A DNA stretch of 63,159 bases, the filler included. It is 9 parts of 9 records of this genome, joined end to end, with 100 filler letters (N's around TTAATTAATTAA, not from the genome) between each part and the next. Parts side by side here need not be neighbours in the genome. Positions count along the whole stretch, not along the records: positions 1 to 7,025 come from SRR31147125_37606; positions 7,126 to 12,962 come from SRR31147125_37608; 7 more parts are not named here. The stretch is one strand, 5' to 3'. Positions within the stretch are counted from its first letter, which is position 1; every line of letters starts with the position of its first letter. Shown here in pieces: positions 1-10,100 of the stretch. Position numbers and translations under genes: made by a program. The notes under the pieces are model-generated. The model ran no database searches, was not told the DNA's origin, and saw only the letters and a program-made list of their open reading frames with translations.

Positions 1-34
1 AGGCCGATGCTCTATCCAGCTGAGCTATGGGTGC
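1..34 (-). tRNA. 5' part of a tRNA, probably tRNA-Arg, cut by the window edge
   Basis: Reverse complement reads GCACCCATAGCTCAGCTGGATAGAGCATCGGCCT: acceptor 5' strand, D-arm and start of anticodon stem typical of tRNA-Arg. The anticodon is outside the window. Confidence 0.8.
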
Positions 35-135
35 ATCCGCCCGGGAATCCGGGCAGGAGCTATCATAGCGAAGTATGGCCCGGTTGTTAAGACCGGGCCG
101 GAAAATGCATCGCACCCTGGTTGTGGCAGGTTTTC

Positions 136-849
136 TTACCTTCTCTGCACTGATCCGAAGCCGTCGATGTCCACGTAGGTGGTCGGGTCGCCCTGGTAGT
201 AGATAGTGCCGACCCCGTCGATATAGGCTTGGAGGTAGTCGTTCGCTGTCACTTCCATATTCCCGGACCCTGTAATGACAGTCTCCACGATATTGGATTC
301 GAGGTTGTAGGCTTCTATGTCGCCGTAGCCGGTGATGCTGTGTTCCGCTGTAGGAGCTGATCCTGCGAGCCTGATGTCTCCGGCACCGGAGATCACCGTG
401 ACCACCTTGTCGGCTACCAGGTCCATGCTGATGTCGCCGGCGCCATCGATGATCACCCGGATCGTTTTGGAACTGTAAATGGTACCGTCGCTTTCGATAC
501 AGCCGGCTCCGGTGATGTGGACCCGTTCCAGCCAGGGGGTTTTCACCAGGATGATCGGCTCTTCTGTAGGATTCAGGTTCACGCCGTAGTCCTGGCTGAT
601 CACCAGGGTGTCACCTTCGTCGTCGATGTCCATCCTATCGAGGATGTTGTCCTCGGCGATAACGACAACTTCGTCCTCGTCAGCCTGGGTGATGATCACC
701 TTACCGATACTCGCCAGTTCCACTTCGTCGAAACTTCCGACACGAATCTCTCTGACAACGATGTTGCCGTTGCCTTCCACATATTCTCCGAAGAAGCAGC
801 AGGAACCGAGGGTTAGTACCGCTGCGCCAGCCAGAATAATGTTTCTCAT
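136..849 (-). CDS. GIN-domain (DUF2807-like) beta-helix lipoprotein
   Basis: Lipobox-like LGSC, 'VEGNGNIV' start and repeated I(S/T)G(A/S)GDI turns. Confidence 0.8.
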   Translation of the reverse strand: MRNIILAGAAVLTLGSCCFFGEYVEGNGNIVVREIRVGSFDEVELASIGKVIITQADEDEVVVIAEDNILDRMDIDDEGDTLVISQDYGVNLNPTEEPIILVKTPWLERVHITGAGCIESDGTIYSSKTIRVIIDGAGDISMDLVADKVVTVISGAGDIRLAGSAPTAEHSITGYGDIEAYNLESNIVETVITGSGNMEVTANDYLQAYIDGVGTIYYQGDPTTYVDIDGFGSVQRR

Positions 850-917
850 GGTTGTTTTCCTCCGTGATCGGGGGATAAAACACCATCGGGTCGGGAATAT
901 GTCACTTCACGGAGTAC

Positions 918-946
918 TTTTCCTGTGATACGTTCAGATCCAGATT
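918..946. repeat. 29-bp exact direct repeat, copy 1 (TTTTCCTGTGATACGTTCAGATCCAGATT)
   Basis: Identical to 3603-3631. Confidence 0.9.
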
Positions 947-968
947 CTGCCTGTGAGGTGCGGCTTTC

Positions 969-1583
969 ATGAACCTGGAAACATGGTCGTCTGCGTTTCT
1001 TACTTTCTTCGCCATCGTCAATCCCGTCGGCCTGATACCCGTGATCATGGAATTCGTCGATGGACTGGATCGCCGGGATCGCTTCAACGTCCTCAACGGC
1101 GCGGTCCTGACCGGCTTCGTCACCATGGTGCTGATGACCATCACCGGAAAATGGCTCCTCACGAATGTGTTCCATGTAGGTCTCGTGGAGTTCCGCATCG
1201 CCGGCGGGCTCATCCTCACCATCATATCCATTCGCTATATCGTCATGGGCAAGAAGGACGTTCCGGAAAACAAATCGGCCGAAGACTACCGCGACCGAAT
1301 CATGGAGATGAGTGTCGTTCCCCTGGGAGTTCCCATCCTGGTTGGTCCTGGCTCCATCGTCACCGGTATTCTGGTGATGGACTCCAACGGACTGTTGGTG
1401 ACCCTCTCTTCCCTGATCGCCGTATTCATTGTCTGCTGGATACTGTTCCAGCTTTCCCACCTGATCGGCAAGGTGATGGGGAAGGTAGGACGTCTGGTTA
1501 TCGGACGTGTGCTGTGGATCTTCATCGCCGCCATCGGTGTGAAACTGGTGCTTTCGGGGATTGAGGTCAAGTTCGGAATTTAG
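969..1583 (+). CDS. MarC family membrane protein
   Basis: FAIVNPVG, FRIAGG, PLGVPILVGPGSI motifs; about 6 TM segments. Confidence 0.9.
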   Translation: MNLETWSSAFLTFFAIVNPVGLIPVIMEFVDGLDRRDRFNVLNGAVLTGFVTMVLMTITGKWLLTNVFHVGLVEFRIAGGLILTIISIRYIVMGKKDVPENKSAEDYRDRIMEMSVVPLGVPILVGPGSIVTGILVMDSNGLLVTLSSLIAVFIVCWILFQLSHLIGKVMGKVGRLVIGRVLWIFIAAIGVKLVLSGIEVKFGI

Positions 1584-1698
1584 TGACAGGAGAGGCGATC
1601 GTACGACTATCCTCGGCCTTCTCGGATCGTTCCCTGATCGACCACGACTCTTTTCCTATGTTTACGGGTTCCGTGTTGGTGATCGTCGTCCAACCCCG

Positions 1699-2310
1699 TC
1701 AGGCTTCCGGTTCGATGAAGGCCATGGCGGCTTCGAGCCAGTCATCCGGTCTGAAATCGATATCTTCGGGTATGAGGCCGTCGGTCAGCATGCCGGCCCA
1801 GCCGTGACCGAAACTCCAGAAGGAGAGGACCAGGGCCCTGGGATCGACGGTGCTGCGCCAGCCGGCGGCCCGGGCCTGCTCTACACAGCTGATCATGGTT
1901 GACATGGCTCTATTAGCATTCTCCCGGCAGCGGGTGGAATGCAGCGAATATCCGATCGGGGAGAACATCAGCTTGTAGAGCTGGGGGTTTTCCCGGGCGA
2001 ATGAAACGTACCGATTCAGTATCCGGCGCATGGCCGCAGTCTCCGGTGAAAGATCATCTTTTTCTGATGACCGTGAAGCTTCGTTCTGCATCCGGTCTGC
2101 CAGAAGGGCGAAGCCTTCCGCGGCGACGTCCCTCAACAATGCCTCTTTATCGGTAAAGTGGCGGTAGGGGGCATTCTTGGAGACCCCGGCTTCCTGGGCC
2201 AGGGCCCTCAGACTCAATTGTTCCAGGCCGGTTCGTTCCAGCACGTCAAGTGCCAGATTCAGGAGGGTCTGCTTGAGGTCGCCGTGGTGGTAGGGTTTCG
2301 ACTCATCCAT
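1699..2310 (-). CDS. TetR/AcrR family regulator
   Basis: YHHGDLK...LSLRALAQEAGVSKNAPYRHF helix-turn-helix. Start placed at MDESK; the ORF-track extension overlaps the divergent gene. Confidence 0.9.
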   Translation of the reverse strand: MDESKPYHHGDLKQTLLNLALDVLERTGLEQLSLRALAQEAGVSKNAPYRHFTDKEALLRDVAAEGFALLADRMQNEASRSSEKDDLSPETAAMRRILNRYVSFARENPQLYKLMFSPIGYSLHSTRCRENANRAMSTMISCVEQARAAGWRSTVDPRALVLSFWSFGHGWAGMLTDGLIPEDIDFRPDDWLEAAMAFIEPEA

Positions 2311-2350
2311 CGGGCAGATCATAGCATATACATGTAGTCGGCGCCAACAA

Positions 2351-2405
2351 TGTTGACAATGCCCACATTTGATGTTATGTTCTGATCGTGGTGGGCAGTG
2401 CCCAC
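2351..2405 (+). promoter_or_regulatory. Sigma70 promoter with two probable TetR operators
   Basis: TTGACA (2353-2358)-17 bp-TATGTT (2376-2381). Perfect palindrome GTGGGCA-G-TGCCCAC at 2391-2405, with variant GTTGACA-A-TGCCCAC overlapping the -35. Confidence 0.7.
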
Positions 2406-2418
2406 ATAGGAGGAACAA

Positions 2419-3378
2419 ATGAAAAACATCGTACTTGGTACCGGGCCTGTCGGAATCTCTGTCGCGAAAGAACTGGTTTGCCGGGGAGAGACAGTGAAGC
2501 TGGTGAATCGCAGCGGTCGAACTCCGGCGGCCTTCAGTCAGGAGGAGGTGACCACTATCGCTTGTGACATGATGGATTCCACTGCATTGCTGGAAGCCAC
2601 CCGGGGCGCTGGATATATCTTCCACTGCGCCAATCCGCTCTACCACCAATGGGGGGACATTCTGCCGGTTCTGCAGGAGAATGCGATCGCGGCCGCTCTG
2701 GAGCATGACGCGGTCCTGGCTCTATCGGAGAACCTGTATATGTACAGCTGTGATGCCCAGGAGCTGACAGAAGACACACCGGAGGATCCGCCGACGAAGA
2801 AGGGTAGGATCCGGAAAAATCTCTCGGACAGACTCGAAGATGCTGCTCGGATGAACAGTCTTCGTTGGACGGCCATTCGGGGATCAGACTATTTCGGCCC
2901 TTGGAGCACTTCCCAGAGCATGTTCGGTACCGAGCGTTTCCTGGATGTCATCTCCACAGGCAGGAATCCTGCATTGATCGGACATCTCCATATTCCTCAT
3001 TCCTATACCTACATTGATGATTTTGGTCGGGCGCTGGTCACAGCAGCTTATGATGAGCAAGCGTATGGACGGGCCTGGATCTGCCCGAATGATGATGCAA
3101 GGAGCACCGCTGAGGTGGCGGAGCTGTTCATCGCCGAGCTGACCGACAGAAAGACCGACGGTATCCGGGTCAGAACACTGCCGGACCTTCTCTTGAGGCT
3201 GATCGGTATCTTCGATCCGGTGATTCGCGAAATACCGGAAATGCTTTACCAGAAGAAGCAGAATTACGTTGCTGACGGGCGTCTGTTCTCCGATACATTC
3301 GGATTCAAGGCGACACCCCTTCCCGAGGCGGTCCAGCGGACTGTCTATTGGTATAGGACAGCCGGCGCAGAAGCCTGA
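2419..3378 (+). CDS. NAD-dependent epimerase/dehydratase (atypical SDR)
   Basis: N-terminal VLGTGPVG Rossmann motif, NLYMY, DYFGP; RBS AGGAGG. Confidence 0.85.
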   Translation: MKNIVLGTGPVGISVAKELVCRGETVKLVNRSGRTPAAFSQEEVTTIACDMMDSTALLEATRGAGYIFHCANPLYHQWGDILPVLQENAIAAALEHDAVLALSENLYMYSCDAQELTEDTPEDPPTKKGRIRKNLSDRLEDAARMNSLRWTAIRGSDYFGPWSTSQSMFGTERFLDVISTGRNPALIGHLHIPHSYTYIDDFGRALVTAAYDEQAYGRAWICPNDDARSTAEVAELFIAELTDRKTDGIRVRTLPDLLLRLIGIFDPVIREIPEMLYQKKQNYVADGRLFSDTFGFKATPLPEAVQRTVYWYRTAGAEA

Positions 3379-3495
3379 GGAATCCACTGCAGCGGTTACC
3401 GGAACACTTCCGGCGACCGTCTGTCGGCTTGTGAGTAGACTACAGTCCAGTTGGACTGAAACCTCATGGAAGGTATTGTTCTACTATTCCTGATA

Positions 3496-3598
3496 TCGGA
3501 ATGGGAGGACTCGAACCTCCGATCTCCTGCTCCCCGTGCAGGTGCCCTAGTCCCAGTGCTTCGAACCTTGGACAAAGTCCTGCCACTATTTGATTCCG
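3496..3598 (-). pseudogene. tRNA-Pro-like element with enlarged D-arm region
   Basis: Acceptor CGGAAT/ATTCCG-A, anticodon stem CCTGC/GCAGG, perfect T-arm GGAGG-TTCGAGT-CCTCC; non-canonical D region and no U33. Confidence 0.6.
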
Positions 3599-3602
3599 CC
3601 CT

Positions 3603-3631
3603 TTTTCCTGTGATACGTTCAGATCCAGATT
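3603..3631. repeat. 29-bp exact direct repeat, copy 2
   Basis: Identical to 918-946. Confidence 0.9.
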
Positions 3632-3672
3632 AAGCCTGTCTGGTTGCTGAAGTTCATGAGAAACGAAAATTC

Positions 3673-4101
3673 CTATGGTTGAGTCCGCTCTTCACTGAGA
3701 CACTTTCGATCTTCATTCGAATACATTTCTTTATATAGTTGTTCGATCAAGTCCAGCACTCCCTGGGCAATATGCCGCCCTGGATTTGTCAGGCGATATT
3801 CCACTCTAGGCGGAGTCTCCTTGAAATCTCTACGGACAACCAGCTTTTCCTGCTCCAGTATCTTGAGGCTTTTAGACAGCATCCTTTCGCTGATGCCGTC
3901 TATGTCCCGGCGGAGTTCTCCGAAACGCGCGGTTCCCTGATGCAGACGCGCGAGAATTAACAGACTCCAGCGGCTGAAAATATGTTCAAACACGGTTCGA
4001 GACGGACATGCCGCTGCAAATACGTTAAAGGGCAGATTGTTGTTCATATCGTTTCTCATAGTATGCCAAAAAATATTTGAAGAAAACTTGTCGATATACA
4101 A
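3673..4101 (-). CDS. HxlR-family winged-helix regulator (YtfH/QorR-like); true start probably near 4047-4059
   Basis: FAAACPSR...RWSLLIL...RFGELRR...ISERML...PPRVEYRLT; divergent from a QorB-like gene. Confidence 0.85.
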   Translation of the reverse strand: MYIDKFSSNIFWHTMRNDMNNNLPFNVFAAACPSRTVFEHIFSRWSLLILARLHQGTARFGELRRDIDGISERMLSKSLKILEQEKLVVRRDFKETPPRVEYRLTNPGRHIAQGVLDLIEQLYKEMYSNEDRKCLSEERTQP

Positions 4102-4151
4102 AGTATAGCACTATACTAAAGGAAGCACTAACATAAAGTAAGGATGTATAT

Positions 4152-5003
4152 ATGCAATTTGCTGTAACCGGTTCTACCGGGGGATTTGGAGCTCTGGCTA
4201 TTTCTCATATGATGATGTCAGGAGTGGACCCCTCATCTATTGTTGCACTGGCGCGGAGTGAGGAAAAGGCTTCCGACCTGAAGAAAAAGGGTGTAAACGT
4301 TCGCATCGGAAACTACGAAGATCAAGCTTCTTTGGACGCGGCCTTTGTCGGAGTGGACCGTATATTGCTCGTGTCCAGTTCCGAGGTGGGTAAACGTCTC
4401 TCTCAGCATCAGAATGTCATTGAGGCGGCCCAAAAGGCAGGAGTCTCCCAGATCGTCTACACCAGCATTACTCAGGCGACGACATCGACAATCCCTCTTG
4501 CTCCGGAACATAAAGGGACGGAAGAGATCCTGAAAGACTCCGGGGTGGGGTATGTGATTCTTCGGAACAACTGGTACACGGAAAACTATATGGGCGATTT
4601 ACAGTATGCCAGGCAATCCGGAGTCATTGCCGCAGCTGCCGGACAGGGGAAGGTCGCTTCAGCTTCAAAGACCGATTATGCCGAGGCTGCAGCCAGAGTC
4701 CTTACAGGGGGAGTGCCGAGTGGAACCGTTTACGAACTCTCCGGTCCGCTCTGGGATTATAACGAACTGGCCCGTGCTTCGGGCAGGGTCCTGGGAAGAG
4801 ATGTTCAGTATCAGCCTATCGAAGGCGCAGAACGGAAACAGGCTCTTCTAGCTGCGGGTTTGGATGAGGGAACTGCGGGATTCTACAGTCTTTTGGAAGA
4901 ATCGATCGCTGAAGGCACTCTAGAAATAGAGAGTCGTGATTTGAAGCAGATCCTGGGGCGCGACCCCCTGTCCTTGGAAGAGGGACTGAAGAATCTTCTC
5001 TAG
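4152..5003 (+). CDS. NAD(P)H:quinone oxidoreductase, NmrA-like SDR (QorB/YtfG-like)
   Basis: VTGSTGGFG, SSSEVGKR..QH.NVI, LRNNWYTEN motifs. Confidence 0.85.
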   Translation: MQFAVTGSTGGFGALAISHMMMSGVDPSSIVALARSEEKASDLKKKGVNVRIGNYEDQASLDAAFVGVDRILLVSSSEVGKRLSQHQNVIEAAQKAGVSQIVYTSITQATTSTIPLAPEHKGTEEILKDSGVGYVILRNNWYTENYMGDLQYARQSGVIAAAAGQGKVASASKTDYAEAAARVLTGGVPSGTVYELSGPLWDYNELARASGRVLGRDVQYQPIEGAERKQALLAAGLDEGTAGFYSLLEESIAEGTLEIESRDLKQILGRDPLSLEEGLKNLL

Positions 5004-5303
5004 TACTTTTTAAACTGTTCTGGATCGGATATTCGTGGATGCCGGCGGCCTCTAAGAAAAAGAACGCCGTCGGCATTTTCCATGGACTCAGGAGAGGACG
5101 GGAAGCAAAGCGTGGGGAGTTTCGCTTCCCCCCGATGAAGAAGCTCTGCAACGGAAAGTCTTTTGCACTCCAAAAGAGCACAATCATCCTTCCAATAATG
5201 GAATTCACAATGCGATTCACGAGTTCAAGGATTCTGCCGGCATTGTCTCAATTCCCATAGTATTCACCGATTGATGTGCGAAAGGGGCTCTCAGTCCGAA
5301 GGT

Positions 5304-6203
5304 CTATTTGTTCGAGGTCAGAGCATATCCCTTCATGAACGCTCTATAGAGAACCGTGAAAACAATCAACGGCGGAATCATCGCCAGTACGGCCGCTGCC
5401 ATTACTTCTCCCCAATATACCGCATCTCCTGTGGCGATGATTTTCAGCAAACCCACTTGGACCACCTGATTGGCATCATAGCGAACGACAACCCGAGGCC
5501 ATAGGTATTGATTCCAGACATAGACGAATTGAATAAGGGCCAGAGCCCCGATGGTGTTGGAGCTCATGGGAATCAATACACGATATGCGAACGATATCGG
5601 ACCAGCCCCGTCGATTCGGGAGGAATCAACCATGGAACGCGGGATGGAGTTGAAATGCTGTCGAAACAGGAAGACTCCTGTCGCCGAAGCGAGGAACGGA
5701 GCGATGATACCCCAGTATGATGTCGACCAGCCGAAACCGTATTTGATAGGTTGAAATAGCAGTCTTATAGGGTTTGCAAACCACGAAAAGAACTCTCCCA
5801 GAGTTCCCGCTGGTTTCTGGGATACCAGATCGAACAGTCCCAGTATCAGCATTTCCGTCGGCATCATCAGCGTAACGAGGATAAATCCGAAGAGGAACTT
5901 CTTGCCGGGGAACTGGAAATACACCAGGGCGAATGCGGCCATGAAGGAAAAAAATATTTTACCGACAGTAACCGCGATGGCGATAACCAGGGAGTTCTTC
6001 ATATACATGCCGAGCTTATAGGCTGACAAAGCCATTTTCATATTATAGAAAAAGCTCTTGCCGATACCCATCATAGGAGACAGGGCTTCAGATCTGTTCT
6101 GGGTGGATTTCAGAAGTGCAAAGAGAACTGGAAAACAAACGACAACGACGGCGACAACCAGAATAGTATGAACCCAAACAGGGTCTTTCTTTCTCTCGAG
6201 CAT
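5304..6203 (-). CDS. Carbohydrate ABC transporter permease (UgpE/MalG-like)
   Basis: FLFRQHF...DSSRIDGAG EAA loop; WNQYLWP. Confidence 0.85.
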   Translation of the reverse strand: MLERKKDPVWVHTILVVAVVVVCFPVLFALLKSTQNRSEALSPMMGIGKSFFYNMKMALSAYKLGMYMKNSLVIAIAVTVGKIFFSFMAAFALVYFQFPGKKFLFGFILVTLMMPTEMLILGLFDLVSQKPAGTLGEFFSWFANPIRLLFQPIKYGFGWSTSYWGIIAPFLASATGVFLFRQHFNSIPRSMVDSSRIDGAGPISFAYRVLIPMSSNTIGALALIQFVYVWNQYLWPRVVVRYDANQVVQVGLLKIIATGDAVYWGEVMAAAVLAMIPPLIVFTVLYRAFMKGYALTSNK

Positions 6204-6208
6204 ACATT

Positions 6209-7025
6209 TTACCCTTGATAATGAATGCGCCTGGACAGCGCGGAGAATTGATAGAACGTGATGAGGCCTACGAGGATCATTAAGATGACGCCTTCGGCGG
6301 CGGCAAATCCCATGTTGCTGCTTCCTCCGAATCCGTCTTGAAATACCTTGTACATGATGGTCGTTGTAATTCCGGCGTTATCCAGAATGCCCGGAGGGCC
6401 GATGGGCCCCCCGGATGTAAGAATGTCGATCAGGCCGAAGATTTCGAAAAAACCGTAACTCAGATTCGTGAAAATCAAGAAGAATGTCGTCGGTCCGAGG
6501 AGCGGAAACAGAATAAACCAAAACTTGCGCCATCCGTTGGCCCCGTCGATATCGGCGGCTTCCAGAGGCTCCGGCGCTACATTCTGCAACGCCGCCAGAT
6601 AGAAGACGATGTTGTATCCCAGATTCTTCCAAACGGCGGCGAAGATTACCAGCATGGCCGCCAGTATCGGTGAGTCCAGCCATCGGGGCTTCACCGAGAA
6701 AAGAAAGTCCAAAAGGGTGTTCAGAATCCCGACTTCCGGATTGAAAATGAATAAGAAAATGGTTCCCGCCACTGCGGGAGAGAGAGCGAAGGGCCAAATA
6801 AGCAGAAGACGATAGACTCTTGCTCCGCGGATCGGTTTGTTGGCCTGTATCGCCAGAAATATCGACGAACTGATACCCAAGACGACGATTAGAAGGCTCA
6901 ACACCAATGTTTGAAACAAACTCTGTATAAAGGCCGGTGCCAAAGGTCCAGTGAAGAGGTTTTTAAAATTCTCCAAGCCTATGAATTTCCGGGTTCCCAG
7001 AAACAGGTTGTTCCGGGAAAAACTC
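6209..7025 (-). CDS. Carbohydrate ABC transporter permease (UgpA/MalF-like), 5' truncated
   Basis: WKNLGYN..FYLAALQ...EAADIDGA; runs to the contig end. Confidence 0.85.
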
Positions 7026-7125
7026 NNNNNNNNNNNNNNNNNNNNNNNNNNNNNNNNNNNNNNNNNNNNTTAATTAATTAANNNNNNNNNNNNNNNNNNN
7101 NNNNNNNNNNNNNNNNNNNNNNNNN
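7026..7125. other. Artificial contig spacer
   Basis: N-run/TTAATTAATTAA/N-run. The same spacer occurs at 12963-13062, 18681-18780, 28055-28154, 37911-38010, 46506-46605, 52525-52624 and 57681-57780, often with abrupt GC shifts. Confidence 0.98.
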
Positions 7126-10100
7126 CCCCCCGAGCGCACCGGTGTCATCATTGCCACTTGTCTCAGTAACGAGCTCGGGAACGAGCTGTTGTTCAAGTAC
7201 CACTACCCCGAAGTGATCTCCATGCTTCGACAGACGGAAAGCTTCCAATCGCTTTCCGAGGATGAGAAAAAAGCGCTCATGGAAGATCTGCAGGTCGGTA
7301 TGGAGGGCAAAAATAGCGGATACGATCCGGTTCACGGCATGCTTCTCAACATCGAGGCATCCCGTGTGGCCAGACATCTCGGGATCCGTGGTGTCAACTA
7401 TGTCGTGGATGCGGCATGTGCCTCATCCTTCAGCGCCCTGGATGCCGGTATTCAAGAGCTGCTCTCAGGCGATCACGATCAGATGATCATCGGTGGGGTC
7501 AACACCCATTTGGCACCGGAATCCTTCATCGGATTCTGCAAAATGGGCGCGCTGTCCGATACAGGATCTTTCCCGTTTGACAAACGGGCGGACGGCTTCA
7601 TTTTGGGCGAAGGTGCCGGCGTCTTTGTGATCAAAAGGATGAAAGACGCCATCCGGGATAACGACAACATCATCGGCGTCATCAAAGGCATCGGCGGAAG
7701 CTCCGACGGTAGAGGAAAAGCCATTGCCGCGCCCAACGTGGACGGTCAGGTGCTGGCATTGAAACGCTGCTACGACAACATGAAGGCAGATAACGTTTCA
7801 CCGGAAGATATCGATTTCATCGAAGCCCACGGCACCTCCACCATCATGGGGGATCAGGCCGAACTTCAGACATTGAAGCAGGTCTATGCCCGATCCAGGA
7901 CCGGTATCAGCTCCATCAAATCCCAGATCGGCCACCTCTTGGGCGGTGCCGGTGCCGCCGGACTGGTAAAAGCGTTGCTGGCGGTACAAAAGGGCGTTCT
8001 GCCCCCCACGGCCAATTTCGAGACCCTATCCCCCAACCATGATCTGGCCAAATCACTGCTTTACATCATCACAGAGGTGGAAAAATGGCAGCCGGAAGCG
8101 GGGAAAACGAGAAAAGCGGCCATCAGCTCCTACGGATTCGGTGGTATCAACTACCATGTGGTGGTGGAAGAGTTCCGCTCCGATTATTCGCCGCTGCCGC
8201 GAACCATCTTCAAAGATCCCTCTTACGACTTCAACAACGACCGAATTGTCATCGCCGGAATGGGCGTCCGCCTTCCCGGTGCAAAGGATTGTGACGCGTT
8301 CTGGGAAAAACTTCAATCCGGAGAAAAACAACTCTCGGACATTCCCACAGAGCACTTCGACAACCACGCCTATGCCGAACAAGACCCCAAATCCATCTAC
8401 CACATTCCCATGGTCCGAGGCGGTGTGATCAAGGACTTCAAGTTCAACAACATCAAATACCGTATGCCCCCCACCATTGTCCGATCTCTGGAAAAAGGTC
8501 AACTTTTGGGTCTGGATGCGGCAGAGGAAGCCATCAACACCTCCGGTCTCGATAAATTCCTGGATAAGGGAAATCGGATCGGTGTCATCCTGGCTACCAT
8601 GCCGGGAGAACGACAGAATAAAAACATCCTCCGGGTGAGAAAAAGCGAGCTGGCCGAAATCATCGAAAACAGCCGACTGAGCGACAAGAATGCGGCAAAG
8701 AAAATCAGTGCGGAGATTGTCGAGAGCATCCGAAAACGAATTCCCGAAAACAACGAGGACACCACTCCGGGTCTTCTCTCCAACATCATCTCCGGTCGCA
8801 TTGCCAACCATTTCGGCCTCAACGGATTCAATTACGTCATCGATGCCTCCTGCGCCTCGGCGTTTATCGCCATCGACAACGCAATCAAGAGCATTGCCTT
8901 GGGTAATCTCGACTTTGCCCTTGCCGGCGGCGTGGATGCCAACCTCTATCCGGCAGCCCTCATGGCCTTCAAACGCATCGGACTTCTCTCCCCGACAGAG
9001 CCGAGATTCATGGACGACCGGGCCGACGGCTATGCCATGGCCGAAGGGTCGGCCATACACGTCATTACGACCTACGGCAGGGCCAAGGCAGCGGGCATGG
9101 AAATTCTAGCGGAAGTCAACCAAACGGCCATCCGCTCCAGCGTTCCCGATCATCTGCTGGCCCCTTCCGAGCAGACCTTTGTATCCACCATTGACAGCTG
9201 CTACAAAGAGAGCGGTATCCGAAAGAATGAAATCAAGCACCTGGATCTATTTGCCTTCTCCAACATTCTGGGGGATATGGTGGAAAAACAGGTGGTGGAA
9301 AAATGCTTCAAACACGACCTCTACTGCGGCAATGTGAAACCGCAGTTCGGCTACTTCAAGTCTGCCAACCCGGCCGTGGCCATGGCCAAAATGGTGTTGA
9401 TGAACAAAGCCCGAACACTGCTGCCCAACTTCACCTATGATGAAGCGCATACCACCCTGAAGAACGGCACCATCCTAAAGGCAGCCAAAGAGATGATTCC
9501 CGTATCCGATCGGGAACCCCTCAGATTCGGACTCAACGTCAACGGCATCGGCGGCAACCATTGTCATCTGATTTTGAGTCCGCTTCCGGCGGCATTGATG
9601 CGAACCTCCGTCTCCAAGGCGGTGGAAAAACCGGACCAGGCTGCCGTAGGTGCCATGGCCGTCAATCAGATGCAAAAATCAGAGCCTCCCATGGCGGCAT
9701 CCCCAGCAATCCAAGCCGATCAGACAGCGCCATCCATTCCGACGCAGGTGAAGGCCTCCTCTCCACCGGAGCCCATGGTGGAGCCGGCGGCGCAATCCCA
9801 ACCGCTCCCGCAGCACGAACAGCCGGACCGTCCACGCCGGTTCCGGGGGACGCAGGCGGAATCGCCACTCCCGGCGGCGGTAGCGTCACCACCGGCGGGA
9901 AACGTCAGAAGATGGTGGCACTACTCTCCGGACAGGGGGCCCAACGTGCCGGCATGATGAAAGCTCTCTTTGACAGCGATCCCGAAATCCGGGACATCAT
10001 GGAGCGGGGAGAAGAGATCTTCATGGCCAAACGAGGCTACTCCCTTCTCCAGATCATGTTCAACGAGGACAGCCGCCTCAACCTGACCGAAAATACCCAA

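Noticed and set aside
4095-4142. Palindromes between hxlR and the qorB-like gene (AGTATAG-CA-CTATACT; CTAAC-N5-GTAAG)
   Set aside because: Likely the ordinary operator of a well-known regulator pair, so not novel. The exact site cannot be assigned.
5039-5270. Hairpins and short ORFs between the qorB-like gene and the ABC permease
   Set aside because: Probably terminator or REP-like stems between convergent genes. No supportable gene or RNA family.
9780-9960. Programmed -1 frameshift in the PKS
   Set aside because: No X-XXY-YYZ slippery site is evident, and single-base indels occur throughout the window, so sequencing error is more likely.
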